Shown: piece after piece, positions 38,734 through 49,375 of the stretch
Position numbering within the stretch: position 1 is the stretch's first letter
How the letters are laid out: every line of letters starts with the position of its first letter
Source of the DNA: Clostridia bacterium
GTDB taxonomy: Bacteria > CBDUZB01 > JAGLHV01
Reading direction: 5' to 3'
Assembly (NCBI GenBank): GCA_030637025.1
Contig: DAOVVV010000008.1
Location: 5,802-69,801 of the forward strand
DNA: 64,000 nt
Program-made: the position numbers and the translations under genes
The notes under the pieces: generated by a model
The model's database searches: none
The model's input: the letters and a program-made list of their open reading frames with translations, nothing else
Told to the model about the DNA's origin: nothing

Positions 38734-40506
38734 TTGAAAATTAATATTCATTATAAAATTACAATTATTTTTACTATAATTCTGGCGATTATTCTTTTTG
38801 GTATTTACTTATCTCTTAATGATAATTTAAAGACTAATACTTACCAACGGATTAAAACAAATCTGTTTAAAGAAACTGCTTTATGCAAATCCTTTATAGA
38901 ACAACACTATATTCAAAACCTTCAATCTCAGGAATTAGATAATTTTTTACATGAAATAGCTGATGATTTAAATTTAAGGGTCACTATTATCAACCTGGAA
39001 GGAACTGTTTTGGCTGATTCGGAAGTAAACCGGGATATTCTGGGTAAAGTGGAAAATCATCTCTATCGGCCTGAGATTCAACAGGCTCTGCATTCCGGCA
39101 TTGGAGAAAGCAGGCGTTTCAGCACCACGGTAAAAAAAGATATGCTTTATGTTGCCAGTACTATTGGCCGAAATAAGCCGGAGGGAATAATCAGATTATC
39201 TATGCCTCTAGCTGAAATTGAATTAATATCCAATCATTTAAAGAAATTGTTGATTGTTTCTCTTTTATTTGCTTTTTTTCTGGCAATTATAATTAGTTTT
39301 GCTGCTTCTATGTTTATTTCTCAACCAATAAAAAAGATGTCTTTGTTTGCCCAAGATATAGCCAAAGGTGATTTTTCTAAAAGAATTTTAAATTTAACCA
39401 ACGACGAATTCGGTGACATGGCTAAAGCTTTTAATTATATGTCTGAGCAAATTAAATTAAAAATTAACGAAGTCAACTTGAGCAAATCAAGATTTGAAGC
39501 AATTCTTTTGAGTATGTTTGAAGGGGTAATGGTTGTTGATACAAAGGGAACTATTTTATTGATGAACCGGGCACTAAAAGATTTATTGAAAGTTAAAGAC
39601 GAATTTGTAAATAAAAAACCATTGGAAATACTTCGTAACATCGAAATTCAGGAAATAGTTGATAATACATTAAAATTAAAACAGGGGGTTGAATCCCGCG
39701 AAATATCTGTTTTATTCCCGGAAGAAAAGATTTTGTTAATTCATGCAACACCGGTGGTTCGGGAAAATGAGACAGAAGGGGCTGTTTTAGTATTTCATGA
39801 TATAACAAGTTTGCGAGAGCTGGAAAAAATCCGTAAGGATTTTGTAGCTAATGTTTCCCACGAATTAAGGACCCCTGTAGCCAGCATTAAAGGTTATGCA
39901 GAGACATTATTGGATGGAGCACTGGAAGATAAAAATAATGCTAAAGATTTTTTAAAAATAATTTATACTGATATCGACCGCCTGGCAAGATTGATTGACG
40001 ATTTGCTTAATTTATCCAGGATAGAATCAGGTAAATTCAAAATGAATTTACAACTCTGTGCTATTGCTCCCATAATTAAAGGCGTTGTTTCCAGATTGAA
40101 TAAACAAGCCCGGGATAAATCCATTACTATTAAAACAAATATTCCTGAAAAGCTGGATTCTCTTTTAATTGACGAAACAAGAATTGCCCAGGTTTTATTC
40201 AATCTTATTGATAATGCCATCAAATATATACCTGAGAAGGGGAATATTATTATTTCAGTTAATGAAAAAGATGGTTTTATTCAAATAAATATTGCTGATA
40301 CCGGATCCGGCATTGCTCAGGAACATATTCCCCGGCTTTTTGAACGATTTTACCGGGTAGATAAATCCCGTTCCCAGGAATTAGGGGGAACAGGATTGGG
40401 ATTGGCTATCGTTAAACACATTATTCAAGCTCATCAGGGAGAAGTTTTTGTACAAAGCATTTTAGGACAGGGTTCTGTTTTTAGTTTTACTCTGCCTAAG
40501 GCTTAG
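38734..40506 (+). CDS. phoR: phosphate regulon sensor histidine kinase (TM-HAMP-PAS-HisKA-HATPase)
   Basis: H-box VSHELRTPV, plus N, G1 and G2 boxes. TTG start follows the phoB stop. Confidence 0.85.
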   Translation: MKINIHYKITIIFTIILAIILFGIYLSLNDNLKTNTYQRIKTNLFKETALCKSFIEQHYIQNLQSQELDNFLHEIADDLNLRVTIINLEGTVLADSEVNRDILGKVENHLYRPEIQQALHSGIGESRRFSTTVKKDMLYVASTIGRNKPEGIIRLSMPLAEIELISNHLKKLLIVSLLFAFFLAIIISFAASMFISQPIKKMSLFAQDIAKGDFSKRILNLTNDEFGDMAKAFNYMSEQIKLKINEVNLSKSRFEAILLSMFEGVMVVDTKGTILLMNRALKDLLKVKDEFVNKKPLEILRNIEIQEIVDNTLKLKQGVESREISVLFPEEKILLIHATPVVRENETEGAVLVFHDITSLRELEKIRKDFVANVSHELRTPVASIKGYAETLLDGALEDKNNAKDFLKIIYTDIDRLARLIDDLLNLSRIESGKFKMNLQLCAIAPIIKGVVSRLNKQARDKSITIKTNIPEKLDSLLIDETRIAQVLFNLIDNAIKYIPEKGNIIISVNEKDGFIQINIADTGSGIAQEHIPRLFERFYRVDKSRSQELGGTGLGLAIVKHIIQAHQGEVFVQSILGQGSVFSFTLPKA

Positions 40507-40715
40507 TAAAAAAGGAGATATTTTATTAATTGTAATAGGAACAAAAATAATAAGTCCTTTATGCCGTAAAATATATATATTTCTAACTGCGTAATTTTTT
40601 TGGAGTGCATTAACCCTGTTAATGTATGCATCGTTAGGAACAATGTATTGCACACATACAGATATTTTTTTCACCTCGACAAATCTTTTCTGTAAACCAA
40701 ATCACAAAAAAACAT

Positions 40716-40732
40716 TTCACAAAAAATTCACA
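40716..40732 (+). promoter_or_regulatory. direct repeat TTCACA-N5-TTCACA (11-bp period), a PhoB/PhoP-box-like element
   Basis: Sits in the phoR-porin intergenic region, with an additional ATCACA 15 bp upstream. Separated from the porin gene by a repeat insertion. Confidence 0.3.
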
Positions 40733-40810
40733 CAAATGCTCTTTTTTTGCCACACCGATAATATATACTTTTCTTGAAAATAAAAAAAATTAAAGTATAA
40801 ATATTTTTTA

Positions 40811-40964
40811 AATTCCTGTTTTCCAGACTATGGCACAACTCTGATTTTTAAAGCAATTGTAGGGGCAACATTTATGACGCCCGTCGGAAAAAGTATTCAT
40901 CAGCCCAATCCTCCAAATCCGCCTGAGGCGGAGCGGGCAGGCAATAAAGGTAGAAAGGCTATTT
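40811..40964 (+). mobile_element. 5'-truncated MITE-like composite repeat (retains 3' end ggctattttacaaaagatt)
   Basis: Contains ccgcctgaggcgg and gagcgggcaggc modules. Followed by AAAGGAGG and an ATG-TAA mini-ORF (41005-41010). Confidence 0.5.
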
Positions 40965-41066
40965 TACAAAAGATTTAAAGTTAAAAATAAAGGAGGACAA
41001 GAAAATGTAAAACATAAGCGGTATAAAGAAGTAGAAAACAAAAACGATAAAAAGGAGAATTGAAAA

Positions 41067-42299
41067 ATGAAAACAAAATTTTTAATTTTAATGGCAGGAA
41101 TATTATTAACGGTTACATTTGGTTCCATCCACTCTTTTGCCGGTGAAGTTGAGATTTTAGTAAATAAACTGGTAGAGAAAGAAATACTTAATCCGGTAGA
41201 AGCACAAATTATTATGGATGAAACTAAACAAGCGATAGCTAATGAATTAAGTCAGGGTAAATCAGTTAGTACTCCCGGATGGGTTCAGAAAATGACCTTT
41301 AAAGGGGATTTGCGTCTGCGTTACCAATGGAACAAAAAAGAAGCAAAGGTTGAACGTCATCGGGGAAGATACAGATTTAGACTTGGTGCAAAAGCAAATG
41401 TAGTGGATAAAGTCAAAGTAGGATTTGGATTTTGCTCCGGGGGAACGGATCCCCGTTCTACTAACCAGACCATGACTAACACCTTTGAAACTCCGGATTT
41501 GCGATTGGATTATGCCTATATGCAATGGTCACCTAAGACATGGCTTGATTTTTATGGTGGTAAATCTAAGAGAAAAGCAATAATTCGACAAAATTCCGAC
41601 CTTTTGTGGGATTCCGATATTAATATTGAGGGGGGTGCTTTTGTTATCAATAAATCCTGCGGAATGAAAACAGATTTATTGATAAGTTTTGGAAGTCTTG
41701 TTTTGGATGAATCAAGTAGTGATATATCCGATCCTGTAATGTATTTTAGTCAGGCAGGAATAAATTGGAAAACAGGAAATTCTTTTTCTTTAAAGCCCAC
41801 AATTACTTATTATGATGCATATAACGTAAAAGACGATTCGCTTGACCATTCTGAAGGAACTAACAGTTTGGACAGCAATGATTGTTTTATCTATGATTAT
41901 AATGTCGTTAATCCGGAATTGGAATTAGCTGTTAAAACATCTTGTAGTAAAGTGCCTTATTTTTCCTTATTCGGTGGATATGCTTCTAACCTTGATCCGG
42001 ATGAAGATAATGAGGGGTATCTTTTCGGATTGAAATTCGGAGATAAAAAAGTAAAAAAGAAAGGGCAATGGCAATTCAAATACACCTGTCGCCAACTGGA
42101 AAAAGATGCCTGGCTGGATACATTTCCTGATTCTGATTTTCATGGCGGAAAAACAGGTGTAAAAGGTTCAGAAGTAATATTACAGTATGCACTAGCGAAA
42201 AATGTAATTTTAGGGTTTGATTATTATTGCAGTGAAAAAATAAACGCTCCGGTAGTAACCGAAGAGATACTGCAGGTTGATTTATTGTTGAAATTTTAA
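41067..42299 (+). CDS. phosphate-selective porin O/P family outer-membrane protein
   Basis: Signal peptide, N-terminal coiled segment, a KGDLRLRYQW motif and a C-terminal Phe. Confidence 0.65.
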   Translation: MKTKFLILMAGILLTVTFGSIHSFAGEVEILVNKLVEKEILNPVEAQIIMDETKQAIANELSQGKSVSTPGWVQKMTFKGDLRLRYQWNKKEAKVERHRGRYRFRLGAKANVVDKVKVGFGFCSGGTDPRSTNQTMTNTFETPDLRLDYAYMQWSPKTWLDFYGGKSKRKAIIRQNSDLLWDSDINIEGGAFVINKSCGMKTDLLISFGSLVLDESSSDISDPVMYFSQAGINWKTGNSFSLKPTITYYDAYNVKDDSLDHSEGTNSLDSNDCFIYDYNVVNPELELAVKTSCSKVPYFSLFGGYASNLDPDEDNEGYLFGLKFGDKKVKKKGQWQFKYTCRQLEKDAWLDTFPDSDFHGGKTGVKGSEVILQYALAKNVILGFDYYCSEKINAPVVTEEILQVDLLLKF

Positions 42300-42341
42300 A
42301 CAATATAATGCTTAACTAAAATTTACATAGAGTTTGCTAAG

Positions 42342-42358
42342 TTGTCACAAAATTGTCA
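42342..42358 (+). promoter_or_regulatory. Pho box: TTGTCA-N5-TTGTCA direct repeat (matches the E. coli CTGTCAT 11-bp-period consensus)
   Basis: tTGTCAcaaaatTGTCATat, ~45 nt upstream of the pstS start. Confidence 0.55.
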
Positions 42359-42401
42359 TATTTGAATGTTATTGTTTATTAAACAAAGGGAGGAATTTAA
42401 A

Positions 42402-43280
42402 ATGAAAAAGCGTTTACAGGTTTTAACAGGAATTGGATTGGGATTGATTTTAACTACAAGCCTTTATGCCCAGGAAATGGTGCAAATAAAAGGTTCGGAT
42501 ACGTTGATTAATCTTGTACAACGATTATCTGAAGTATATATGGAAAAAAATCCGGGCAAATTTATTGCCATAACCGGTGGAGGTTCGGGAACAGGAATTG
42601 CAGGATTGATTAACGGAAAGTGTGATATTGCCAATGCTTCCCGTTTGATGAAATCCAAAGAAATAAAGCAAGCCAACAGCAGAAAAATAACACCTAAAAG
42701 AATCGTAATTGCTATGGATGGTTTAAGTGTTATTGTTAATGACCGGAATCCGGTTGATAAATTAACCAAGGATGAACTCGGCAGAATATTTCGTGGAGAA
42801 GTTACTAATTGGAAGGAAATCGGCGGAAAAGATATGTCCATTACTCTTTACGGCAGGCAATCTAATTCGGGAACTTTTGTTTTCTTTAAAGAAGCAATAT
42901 TAAAAGCTGATTATTCACAGAAAATGAATCGTATGAATGGTAACGCACAAATAGTAGAAGCAGTAAAGCAGGATGTTAGCGGCATTGGTTATGTCGGAGT
43001 AGGGTATGTAAAAAAAGTAACCGGACTTACTGTTGTAAGGGTTGCTTCTGCTTCCGAAAAAAAATACATCAGCCCGCTTGATGCCGAAGATGTTAAAAGC
43101 GGAAAATATCCTATTACCCGTCCGCTTAATCAGTATCTAAATGGCATACCTAAAGGTGCGGTTAGTCATTTTATTGCTTTTGAATTGAGTAAAGAGGGAC
43201 AAAGAATCGTGGAGGAAGAAGGATTTTTCCCTATACCTTCCGAATATAGAGATTTTAACAATAAAAATTTGGGAATGTAG
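42402..43280 (+). CDS. pstS: phosphate ABC transporter substrate-binding protein
   Basis: Start moved to the ATG after aaagggagg. MKKRLQVLTGIGLGLILTTSLYA signal peptide. Confidence 0.85.
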   Translation: MKKRLQVLTGIGLGLILTTSLYAQEMVQIKGSDTLINLVQRLSEVYMEKNPGKFIAITGGGSGTGIAGLINGKCDIANASRLMKSKEIKQANSRKITPKRIVIAMDGLSVIVNDRNPVDKLTKDELGRIFRGEVTNWKEIGGKDMSITLYGRQSNSGTFVFFKEAILKADYSQKMNRMNGNAQIVEAVKQDVSGIGYVGVGYVKKVTGLTVVRVASASEKKYISPLDAEDVKSGKYPITRPLNQYLNGIPKGAVSHFIAFELSKEGQRIVEEEGFFPIPSEYRDFNNKNLGM

Positions 43281-43310
43281 ATAAAATAAAAACAAGAGGA
43301 GAAAGAGGTT

Positions 43311-44195
43311 ATGAATATGAATAAATTTAAAGAAAAAGTAATCCATAGCCTCTTTTTCTTTAATGGATTATTAGTGGTATTAGTACTCTTGGGAATATTT
43401 GCTCTTTTGGTTTTTACGGCTCTTCCCGGGTTTAAAGAAATAAAAGTAACCGAGTTTTTATTTAAATCACATTGGAATCCAACGTCTTACATTAAATCAT
43501 CTTATGGAATTGTTTCTATGCTGGTAAGCACCTTAATGGTTACTTTCGGAGCACTTTTAATTGCTATTCCTTTAGGTATCGGAACTGCCGCTTACTTAAC
43601 GGATTTAGCCAGTCCCAGGGTAAGAGAAATTGCTAAGCCCATTATTGAAATATTAGCGGGAATTCCATCGGTGGTTATCGGTTTTCTGGGCATTCTTCTG
43701 ATAGGACCTTTTATTGCCCGGCTTTTTGGTTTACATAATGGACTTAACGCAATAAATGGGTCCGTTCTTCTGTCAATAATGGCTTTACCCACTATTATCA
43801 GTTTGTCCGAAGATGCTTTAAAAAGCGTTCCTAAATCGTATACGCAAGCCTCTCTGGCACTGGGGGCAACTAAATGGCAAACCCTGGTAAAAATAAAAAT
43901 CCCGGCGGCCTGTTCAGGGATATTAGCGGCATGTATGTTAGGGATGGGCAGGGCAATAGGGGAAACAATGACGGTTCTTATGGCTACAGGGTGTGCACCT
44001 GCAATGCCTAAAAGTTTTTTGGGTTCAGTGCGGACAATGACTTCTACCATTGCCATTGAATTGGGAGAAGTACCTTATAATACCACTCATTATTATGCCC
44101 TTTTTGGTATTGGTCTGGTATTATTTGTGATAACTTTTATTGTCAATATGATTTCCGATATTATTTTGCATAGGCACGAAAGGAAAACAAGATGA
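43311..44195 (+). CDS. pstC: phosphate ABC transporter permease
   Basis: Six TM segments and an EAA-like loop. Confidence 0.9.
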   Translation: MNMNKFKEKVIHSLFFFNGLLVVLVLLGIFALLVFTALPGFKEIKVTEFLFKSHWNPTSYIKSSYGIVSMLVSTLMVTFGALLIAIPLGIGTAAYLTDLASPRVREIAKPIIEILAGIPSVVIGFLGILLIGPFIARLFGLHNGLNAINGSVLLSIMALPTIISLSEDALKSVPKSYTQASLALGATKWQTLVKIKIPAACSGILAACMLGMGRAIGETMTVLMATGCAPAMPKSFLGSVRTMTSTIAIELGEVPYNTTHYYALFGIGLVLFVITFIVNMISDIILHRHERKTR

Positions 44196-45046
44196 AAAAC
44201 AAAGAATTGCAGGAAATATTAGGCTTTAATCTGTTAAGAATATGTGTGGGGATTGTCGGCATAATCCTGGCAATTATTTTATATGATTTAACCAGCAAAG
44301 GGATAAGTAAAATAAGCTGGGAATTTTTTACTGCGATGCCCCGTAAGGGAATGACAGAGGGGGGTATCCTACCTGCCATTATCGGCACTTTTCTGGTAAC
44401 CGTTATTACAGCAGTTTTAGCTATACCGTTAGGTATGGGGTGTGCTATATACTTGAATGAATACGCTAAAAAAAATAAAATAACCCGGATTATTCGGATG
44501 TCGATCAGAAATCTATCCGGAGTTCCTTCCATAGTGTATGGATTATTCGGGGTGATATTATTTGTGCAGTTAATGCACCTTGGTACTTGTGTTTTATCAG
44601 CTGGTTTGACTTTAGGATTAATGACTCTTCCCTGGACTATTACTGCCAGCGAGGAATCTTTAAAGAATATACCAAATTCTTATCGGGAAGGTTCTTTGGC
44701 TTTGGGTGCCACCAAATGGCAAATGATTAAAACCAATGTGTTACCTTATGCTGCCGGAGGGATGCTTACCGGAACGATTCTTGGTTTGGCCCGTGCTGCC
44801 GGAGAAACAGCTCCCATTCTTTTTACCGGGGCTGCTTTTTACCTTCCTTTTATTCCGAAGTCACTATTCAGTCAGTTTATGGCATTACCTTACCATCTTT
44901 ATATAATGTCCACTCAACACCATGCAATAACTAAAGTGCGGCCGATCGCTTATGCAACGGCTCTGGTATTAATAATGTTAGTATTAACTATAAATCTATC
45001 AGCCGTAATTTTAAGATATCGTTTACGAAAACTTAAAAGGGAGTAA
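44192..45046 (+). CDS. pstA: phosphate ABC transporter permease
   Basis: ATGA overlap with pstC. Permease fold. Confidence 0.9.
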   Translation: MKNKELQEILGFNLLRICVGIVGIILAIILYDLTSKGISKISWEFFTAMPRKGMTEGGILPAIIGTFLVTVITAVLAIPLGMGCAIYLNEYAKKNKITRIIRMSIRNLSGVPSIVYGLFGVILFVQLMHLGTCVLSAGLTLGLMTLPWTITASEESLKNIPNSYREGSLALGATKWQMIKTNVLPYAAGGMLTGTILGLARAAGETAPILFTGAAFYLPFIPKSLFSQFMALPYHLYIMSTQHHAITKVRPIAYATALVLIMLVLTINLSAVILRYRLRKLKRE

Positions 45047-45050
45047 TCAT

Positions 45051-45809
45051 ATGAATGACACGAAAATCGATGTAATTAATTTCAATTTTTATTATAGCGG
45101 AGAGAAAGCCTTAAACAATGTAACAATTAGTATACAACAAAATATGGTTACCGGAATAATCGGTCCTTCAGGATGTGGAAAGTCTACTTTTTTACGCTGC
45201 CTTAATCGGATGAATGATGTTATTCCAGGAATAAAAGTAGAGGGGGAAGTTTTGCTGGATAACGAAGATATTTATGCTTCGAATGTTGATGTAGTGAAGA
45301 TAAGAAGACAAATAGGGATGGTTTTTCAAAAATCTAATCCTTTTCCTAAGTCAATCTTCGATAATGTTGCTTATGGTTTAACTATAAATGGAATAAGGGA
45401 TAAAAATTATATTGTTGAGAAGGTAGAGAAAAGTCTGAAAGATGCTGCTTTATGGGATGAAGTTAAAGACAGATTGAATAAAAGTGCTTTTGATTTATCA
45501 GGCGGGCAGCAACAAAGATTATGTATTGCCCGGGCTTTGGCGGTAGAACCGGAAGTATTGCTTATGGATGAACCGGCTTCAGCTTTGGACCCTAAAGCTA
45601 CTTTAAAAATAGAAGAACTTATTCAGGAATTAAAGAAAAAATATACCATAATTATTGTTACTCATAATATGCAGCAAGCGGCACGTATTTCGGATTTTAC
45701 TGCTTTTTTTATGATGGGAGAATTAATTGAATATGATACAACAAGCAAAATTTTTACTACACCCTCGATGAAAGTTACTGAGGATTATATTACAGGTAGG
45801 TTTGGATAG
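45051..45809 (+). CDS. pstB: phosphate ABC transporter ATP-binding protein
   Basis: Walker [10 protein letters not shown], signature LSGGQQQR, Walker B LLMDEP. Confidence 0.95.
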   Translation: MNDTKIDVINFNFYYSGEKALNNVTISIQQNMVTGIIGPSGCGKSTFLRCLNRMNDVIPGIKVEGEVLLDNEDIYASNVDVVKIRRQIGMVFQKSNPFPKSIFDNVAYGLTINGIRDKNYIVEKVEKSLKDAALWDEVKDRLNKSAFDLSGGQQQRLCIARALAVEPEVLLMDEPASALDPKATLKIEELIQELKKKYTIIIVTHNMQQAARISDFTAFFMMGELIEYDTTSKIFTTPSMKVTEDYITGRFG

Positions 45810-45847
45810 ATTTTAAATTTGAATTAAATTGAAGGGGGAGGAAAAAA

Positions 45848-46522
45848 ATGGAACGGCATTTTGATGAGGAATTAAAAAATTTAAAAGAGTTATTATTGAA
45901 AATGAGTATTTTAGTAGAAAAAGCAATTAATTATTCAATAAAAGCTTTAGTTGAACGCAAAACGAAATTGGCTGAAAAAGTGATTAAGTCTGATAATGCC
46001 ATAAATATGATGGAAATAGAAATAGATGATTTTTGCCATATGCTTTTGGCTCTTCGCCAACCGGCAGCAATTGATTTGAGATTTATTACTGCGGCAATGA
46101 AAATTAATAATGATCTTGAACGCATAGGAGATCAAGCAGTTAACATTGCTGAACGTACCCGTGAAATAATCAAAGAACCCTTACTTAAACCTTTGATAGA
46201 TATCCCCCTCATGGCCACCCTGGCTAAAAAAATGATTAAGGATTCCATTGATGCTCTGGTAAATAAAGATGAATCGTTAGCCAGGGATATATGTAAAAGA
46301 GACGATAAAGTCGATGATTTAAACAATCAGATATTTAGAGAATTATTAACCTATATGATGCAGGATCCTAAAACAATTACCAGAGCTGTGGAACTTATTT
46401 TAGTCGGAAGGCATTTAGAACGAATAGCAGACCATGCTACTAATATCTCGGAAGAAGTTATTTATTTTCTGAGCGGAAAAACTATAATGCATCATATGGA
46501 AGATATTAAAAAACAGCAATAA
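45848..46522 (+). CDS. phoU: phosphate signalling complex protein PhoU
   Basis: Duplicated three-helix PhoU repeats, 224 aa. Confidence 0.9.
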   Translation: MERHFDEELKNLKELLLKMSILVEKAINYSIKALVERKTKLAEKVIKSDNAINMMEIEIDDFCHMLLALRQPAAIDLRFITAAMKINNDLERIGDQAVNIAERTREIIKEPLLKPLIDIPLMATLAKKMIKDSIDALVNKDESLARDICKRDDKVDDLNNQIFRELLTYMMQDPKTITRAVELILVGRHLERIADHATNISEEVIYFLSGKTIMHHMEDIKKQQ

Positions 46523-46667
46523 AATGGTAAATGTCTATCCTTGATAATTGGCCACATACGATATTCTTTATTTATCCGAACGAATAAAAATTTCTATTTT
46601 TTAATTGCATATTTAAAAATATTTTATTAAAATAAATATCAACAAAAATAAATAATATTTTTGTTAA

Positions 46668-46728
46668 AGAGTTATGACGAAATTTTGATTATATTTTTAG
46701 GAAATAGAATATTGTATTTTGCAGAATT
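46668..46728 (+). mobile_element. miniature copy of the MITE-like element: only the two TIR regions (aaagagttatgac ... tattttgcagaat)
   Basis: Both termini are recognisable about 35 bp apart. The 3' end lies 29 nt before the ATG at 46758. Confidence 0.4.
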
Positions 46729-46757
46729 ATTTTTTAGAAAACAAAAAGGAGGAAAAA

Positions 46758-46967
46758 ATGTTAGGATATTGGTCAGTAATAATTCTTTTGGGTATTCTTA
46801 TGTGTTATAATTTAATTAATGCTTACAAGGATTATACTTCAGATAATAAAACATTAAAATTTGCCGGTCATTTAATTCTTTTGTTGGTGCTTTTTATTAT
46901 CATCTTAAATTCTCTTTTTACTGTAATGGAATTCGGTCTCGAAACAACAACAATTTTCTCAAAATAA
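46758..46967 (+). CDS. small two-TM membrane protein (69 aa)
   Basis: AAAAAGGAGG RBS. The ORF-track start at 46719 is probably too far upstream. Confidence 0.35.
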   Translation: MLGYWSVIILLGILMCYNLINAYKDYTSDNKTLKFAGHLILLLVLFIIILNSLFTVMEFGLETTTIFSK

Positions 46968-47025
46968 AAGTTGAATAAATTTAACGCAAGTTTTTTTTAA
47001 CCGGGAATAAATAAACATAAGCAAA

Positions 47026-48135
47026 TTAGCTTTTATTGTTTGAAATTAAAATAATTTTTACGATTTCTGAACGGGAAAAGAGACGCATTGGAGGGCCCCA
47101 GGTTCCTGTACCACAGGTTGTATAAATATAAGAATCTTCAAATTGATATAATCCCCATGGGTATTTAAAGGCTAACCAGACTATCAAATCCAGTGGGGGA
47201 ATTTGTCCTGCGTGAGTATGTCCGGATAATTGTAAATCAACACCTTTTTTAACTGCCTGCCGGAAGTATTTTGGTTGGTGAGAAAGAAGAATAACCGGTT
47301 TGTTTAAATTGCAATTTTTCATTGCTTTTTTAAGATTCGGACCGGCAAGAGAAAACCTTTTCCCTGTTTCATCATCAATGCCGATTATTTCAACTGTATC
47401 GGCAATAGTTATTTTTTCATTTCTTAAAACAGTGATATTCGATTGTTCGGCAATTTCCAGAAAATGACTGACTCCGGCATAAAACTCATGATTTCCGGTA
47501 ATAGCCAGCACCCCGTGTTTTGATTTTAATTCTTTCAATATAGGATAGAATTTTTCAAAATTGTGAACACTCTGATCTATCAAGTCTCCGGTAATAACTA
47601 TTAAATCCGGATTTAATTTATTTGTTTTATCTACTATAGATTTTAACCATCGGGTCGAGGTTAAGGAATCTAAATGTAAATCGGATAATTGAACAATAGA
47701 AAATCCTGATTTTTCAAAGGGTAGTTTTTTTGTTGTTATTCGAATTTCTTTTATTTTTACTTCTCTGGCGGCATTATAAAGTGAAAATACACTGCTGAAT
47801 AAAACAAGAATAAGAGTAATCATAGTCCAAACTTTGTTGTGATGGATAAAAAATAATCCTGCAATATCTTTAAGAAAAAACAGAAAAAAAGCAATAGATA
47901 TTACCCCTAACCAGACAGAACTAAAATAAACCAGCAAATAAACTAAAAAATATCTACTTAATAGTTTTCCCAACACAAACGATAATGCGGCAAACAAGAA
48001 AAAAAGTCTCAGATAATTACCAATTAAAGGAGAAAGGGCTAATCCTTTTATGATACGCATACAAATATAGTAATGCATTCCTAAGTAAAAAGAAGCAGCT
48101 ATTAAAATAAAAATAAAAAGATACAGGATATTCAT
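47026..48135 (-). CDS. membrane-anchored calcineurin-like metallophosphoesterase
   Basis: Four N-terminal TM helices and the phosphoesterase motifs (VQLSDLH, GDLID, GNHE, GHTH). RBS aaggtg precedes the internal MNILY start. The ORF extends to 48219. Confidence 0.75.
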   Translation of the reverse strand: MNILYLFIFILIAASFYLGMHYYICMRIIKGLALSPLIGNYLRLFFLFAALSFVLGKLLSRYFLVYLLVYFSSVWLGVISIAFFLFFLKDIAGLFFIHHNKVWTMITLILVLFSSVFSLYNAAREVKIKEIRITTKKLPFEKSGFSIVQLSDLHLDSLTSTRWLKSIVDKTNKLNPDLIVITGDLIDQSVHNFEKFYPILKELKSKHGVLAITGNHEFYAGVSHFLEIAEQSNITVLRNEKITIADTVEIIGIDDETGKRFSLAGPNLKKAMKNCNLNKPVILLSHQPKYFRQAVKKGVDLQLSGHTHAGQIPPLDLIVWLAFKYPWGLYQFEDSYIYTTCGTGTWGPPMRLFSRSEIVKIILISNNKS

Positions 48136-48234
48136 TTTTGTAACACCTTGATTTATTTGTTCAGTTATAGATAATAAAAATGTTTTTATGATTTTACAAA
48201 AAACGAGCATTTTTTGCAATTAAATAAAATTGTA

Positions 48235-48264
48235 TTGAAGTGAATAATAAAAAATTTGTATAAT
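48235..48264 (+). promoter_or_regulatory. candidate promoter TTGAAG-N18-TATAAT for mtnA
   Basis: TATAAT at 48259-48264, preceded by TG two nt upstream. Weak -35. Confidence 0.35.
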
Positions 48265-48304
48265 ATGTTATATTAAAAAAAATATTGTTTAATCTGGTAT
48301 AAAA

Positions 48305-49357
48305 ATGAAAGTTAACGGTAAACATTACAGAACTGTCTGGATGAAAGATTCATCCGTGTTTTTAATCGAACAAAATCTCCTGCCTTTTGATTTTAAAATT
48401 TATGAAGCAAAAAATTATCCGGATACTTGCCGGGCAATTAAAACAATGATGGTAAGGGGTTCTATGGCTATTGGTGCAGCAGCGGGATTTGCTATGGCAC
48501 AAGCTTTCTTAGAAGCCCCTGAAAAAAATTTCTCCCAATTTATTGAAAAGGCTAAAAGAGACATCGAGTTAACACGGCCCACTGCTCAGAATTTATTTCA
48601 TGCAGTGAATCATGTTTATAATGCTGCAAAAAAATCAAAAAAACCAAGAGAAACCGCAATGTTTACCGCACAAAAATTTGCTGATGATGATGCTGCCGCT
48701 TGCAGGAAAATAGGTGAACATGGAAACACTTTAATCAAAGATAATTATAATATTGAAACCCATTGTAATGCCGGCTGGCTTGCCTGCGTTGATTATGGTA
48801 GTGCTTTATCTCCCATATATATTGCTCATCAAAACGGAAAAAAAGTTTTTGTCTATGTTGATGAAACAAGACCCCGAAATCAAGGGGCAAAGCTTACTGC
48901 CTGGGAACTTAAAAACGAAGAAATACCACATCTTATTTTGCCTGATAATGCCGGAGCTTATTTAATGTCACAGGGAAAAGTAGATATGATGATTGTCGGG
49001 GCAGACAGGATTGCCCAAAACGGTGATGTAGCAAATAAAATCGGTACACTGGAAAAAGCCATTGTGGCCAAAGAATTTGATGTACCATTTTATGTTACTG
49101 CCACAATTCCGACGTTTGACCTAAATTGTAATTCTGGCAGGGACATTCCCATTGAAGAGAGAAGTGAAGAGGAAGTTTTGTATCAAACCGGTCGCTCGAT
49201 AAAAGGAAAGTTAGAAAAAATTTTGGTGTGCTCACCCGGGTCAAAGGCTATAAACCCGGCTTTTGATATAACCCCGGCAAAATATATTACCGGATTTATT
49301 ACTGAAAAAGGAATAATTAAACCGGATGCATCTGCCATAAAAAAATTATTTGCTTAA
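48305..49357 (+). CDS. mtnA: S-methyl-5-thioribose-1-phosphate isomerase (eIF2B-like family)
   Basis: eIF-2B-related fold: conserved MMVRGSMAIGAAAGFAMA and C-terminal GADRIAQNGDVANKIGT. Confidence 0.85.
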   Translation: MKVNGKHYRTVWMKDSSVFLIEQNLLPFDFKIYEAKNYPDTCRAIKTMMVRGSMAIGAAAGFAMAQAFLEAPEKNFSQFIEKAKRDIELTRPTAQNLFHAVNHVYNAAKKSKKPRETAMFTAQKFADDDAAACRKIGEHGNTLIKDNYNIETHCNAGWLACVDYGSALSPIYIAHQNGKKVFVYVDETRPRNQGAKLTAWELKNEEIPHLILPDNAGAYLMSQGKVDMMIVGADRIAQNGDVANKIGTLEKAIVAKEFDVPFYVTATIPTFDLNCNSGRDIPIEERSEEEVLYQTGRSIKGKLEKILVCSPGSKAINPAFDITPAKYITGFITEKGIIKPDASAIKKLFA

Positions 49358-49375
49358 CTAAAGGTTAAAGGTTAT

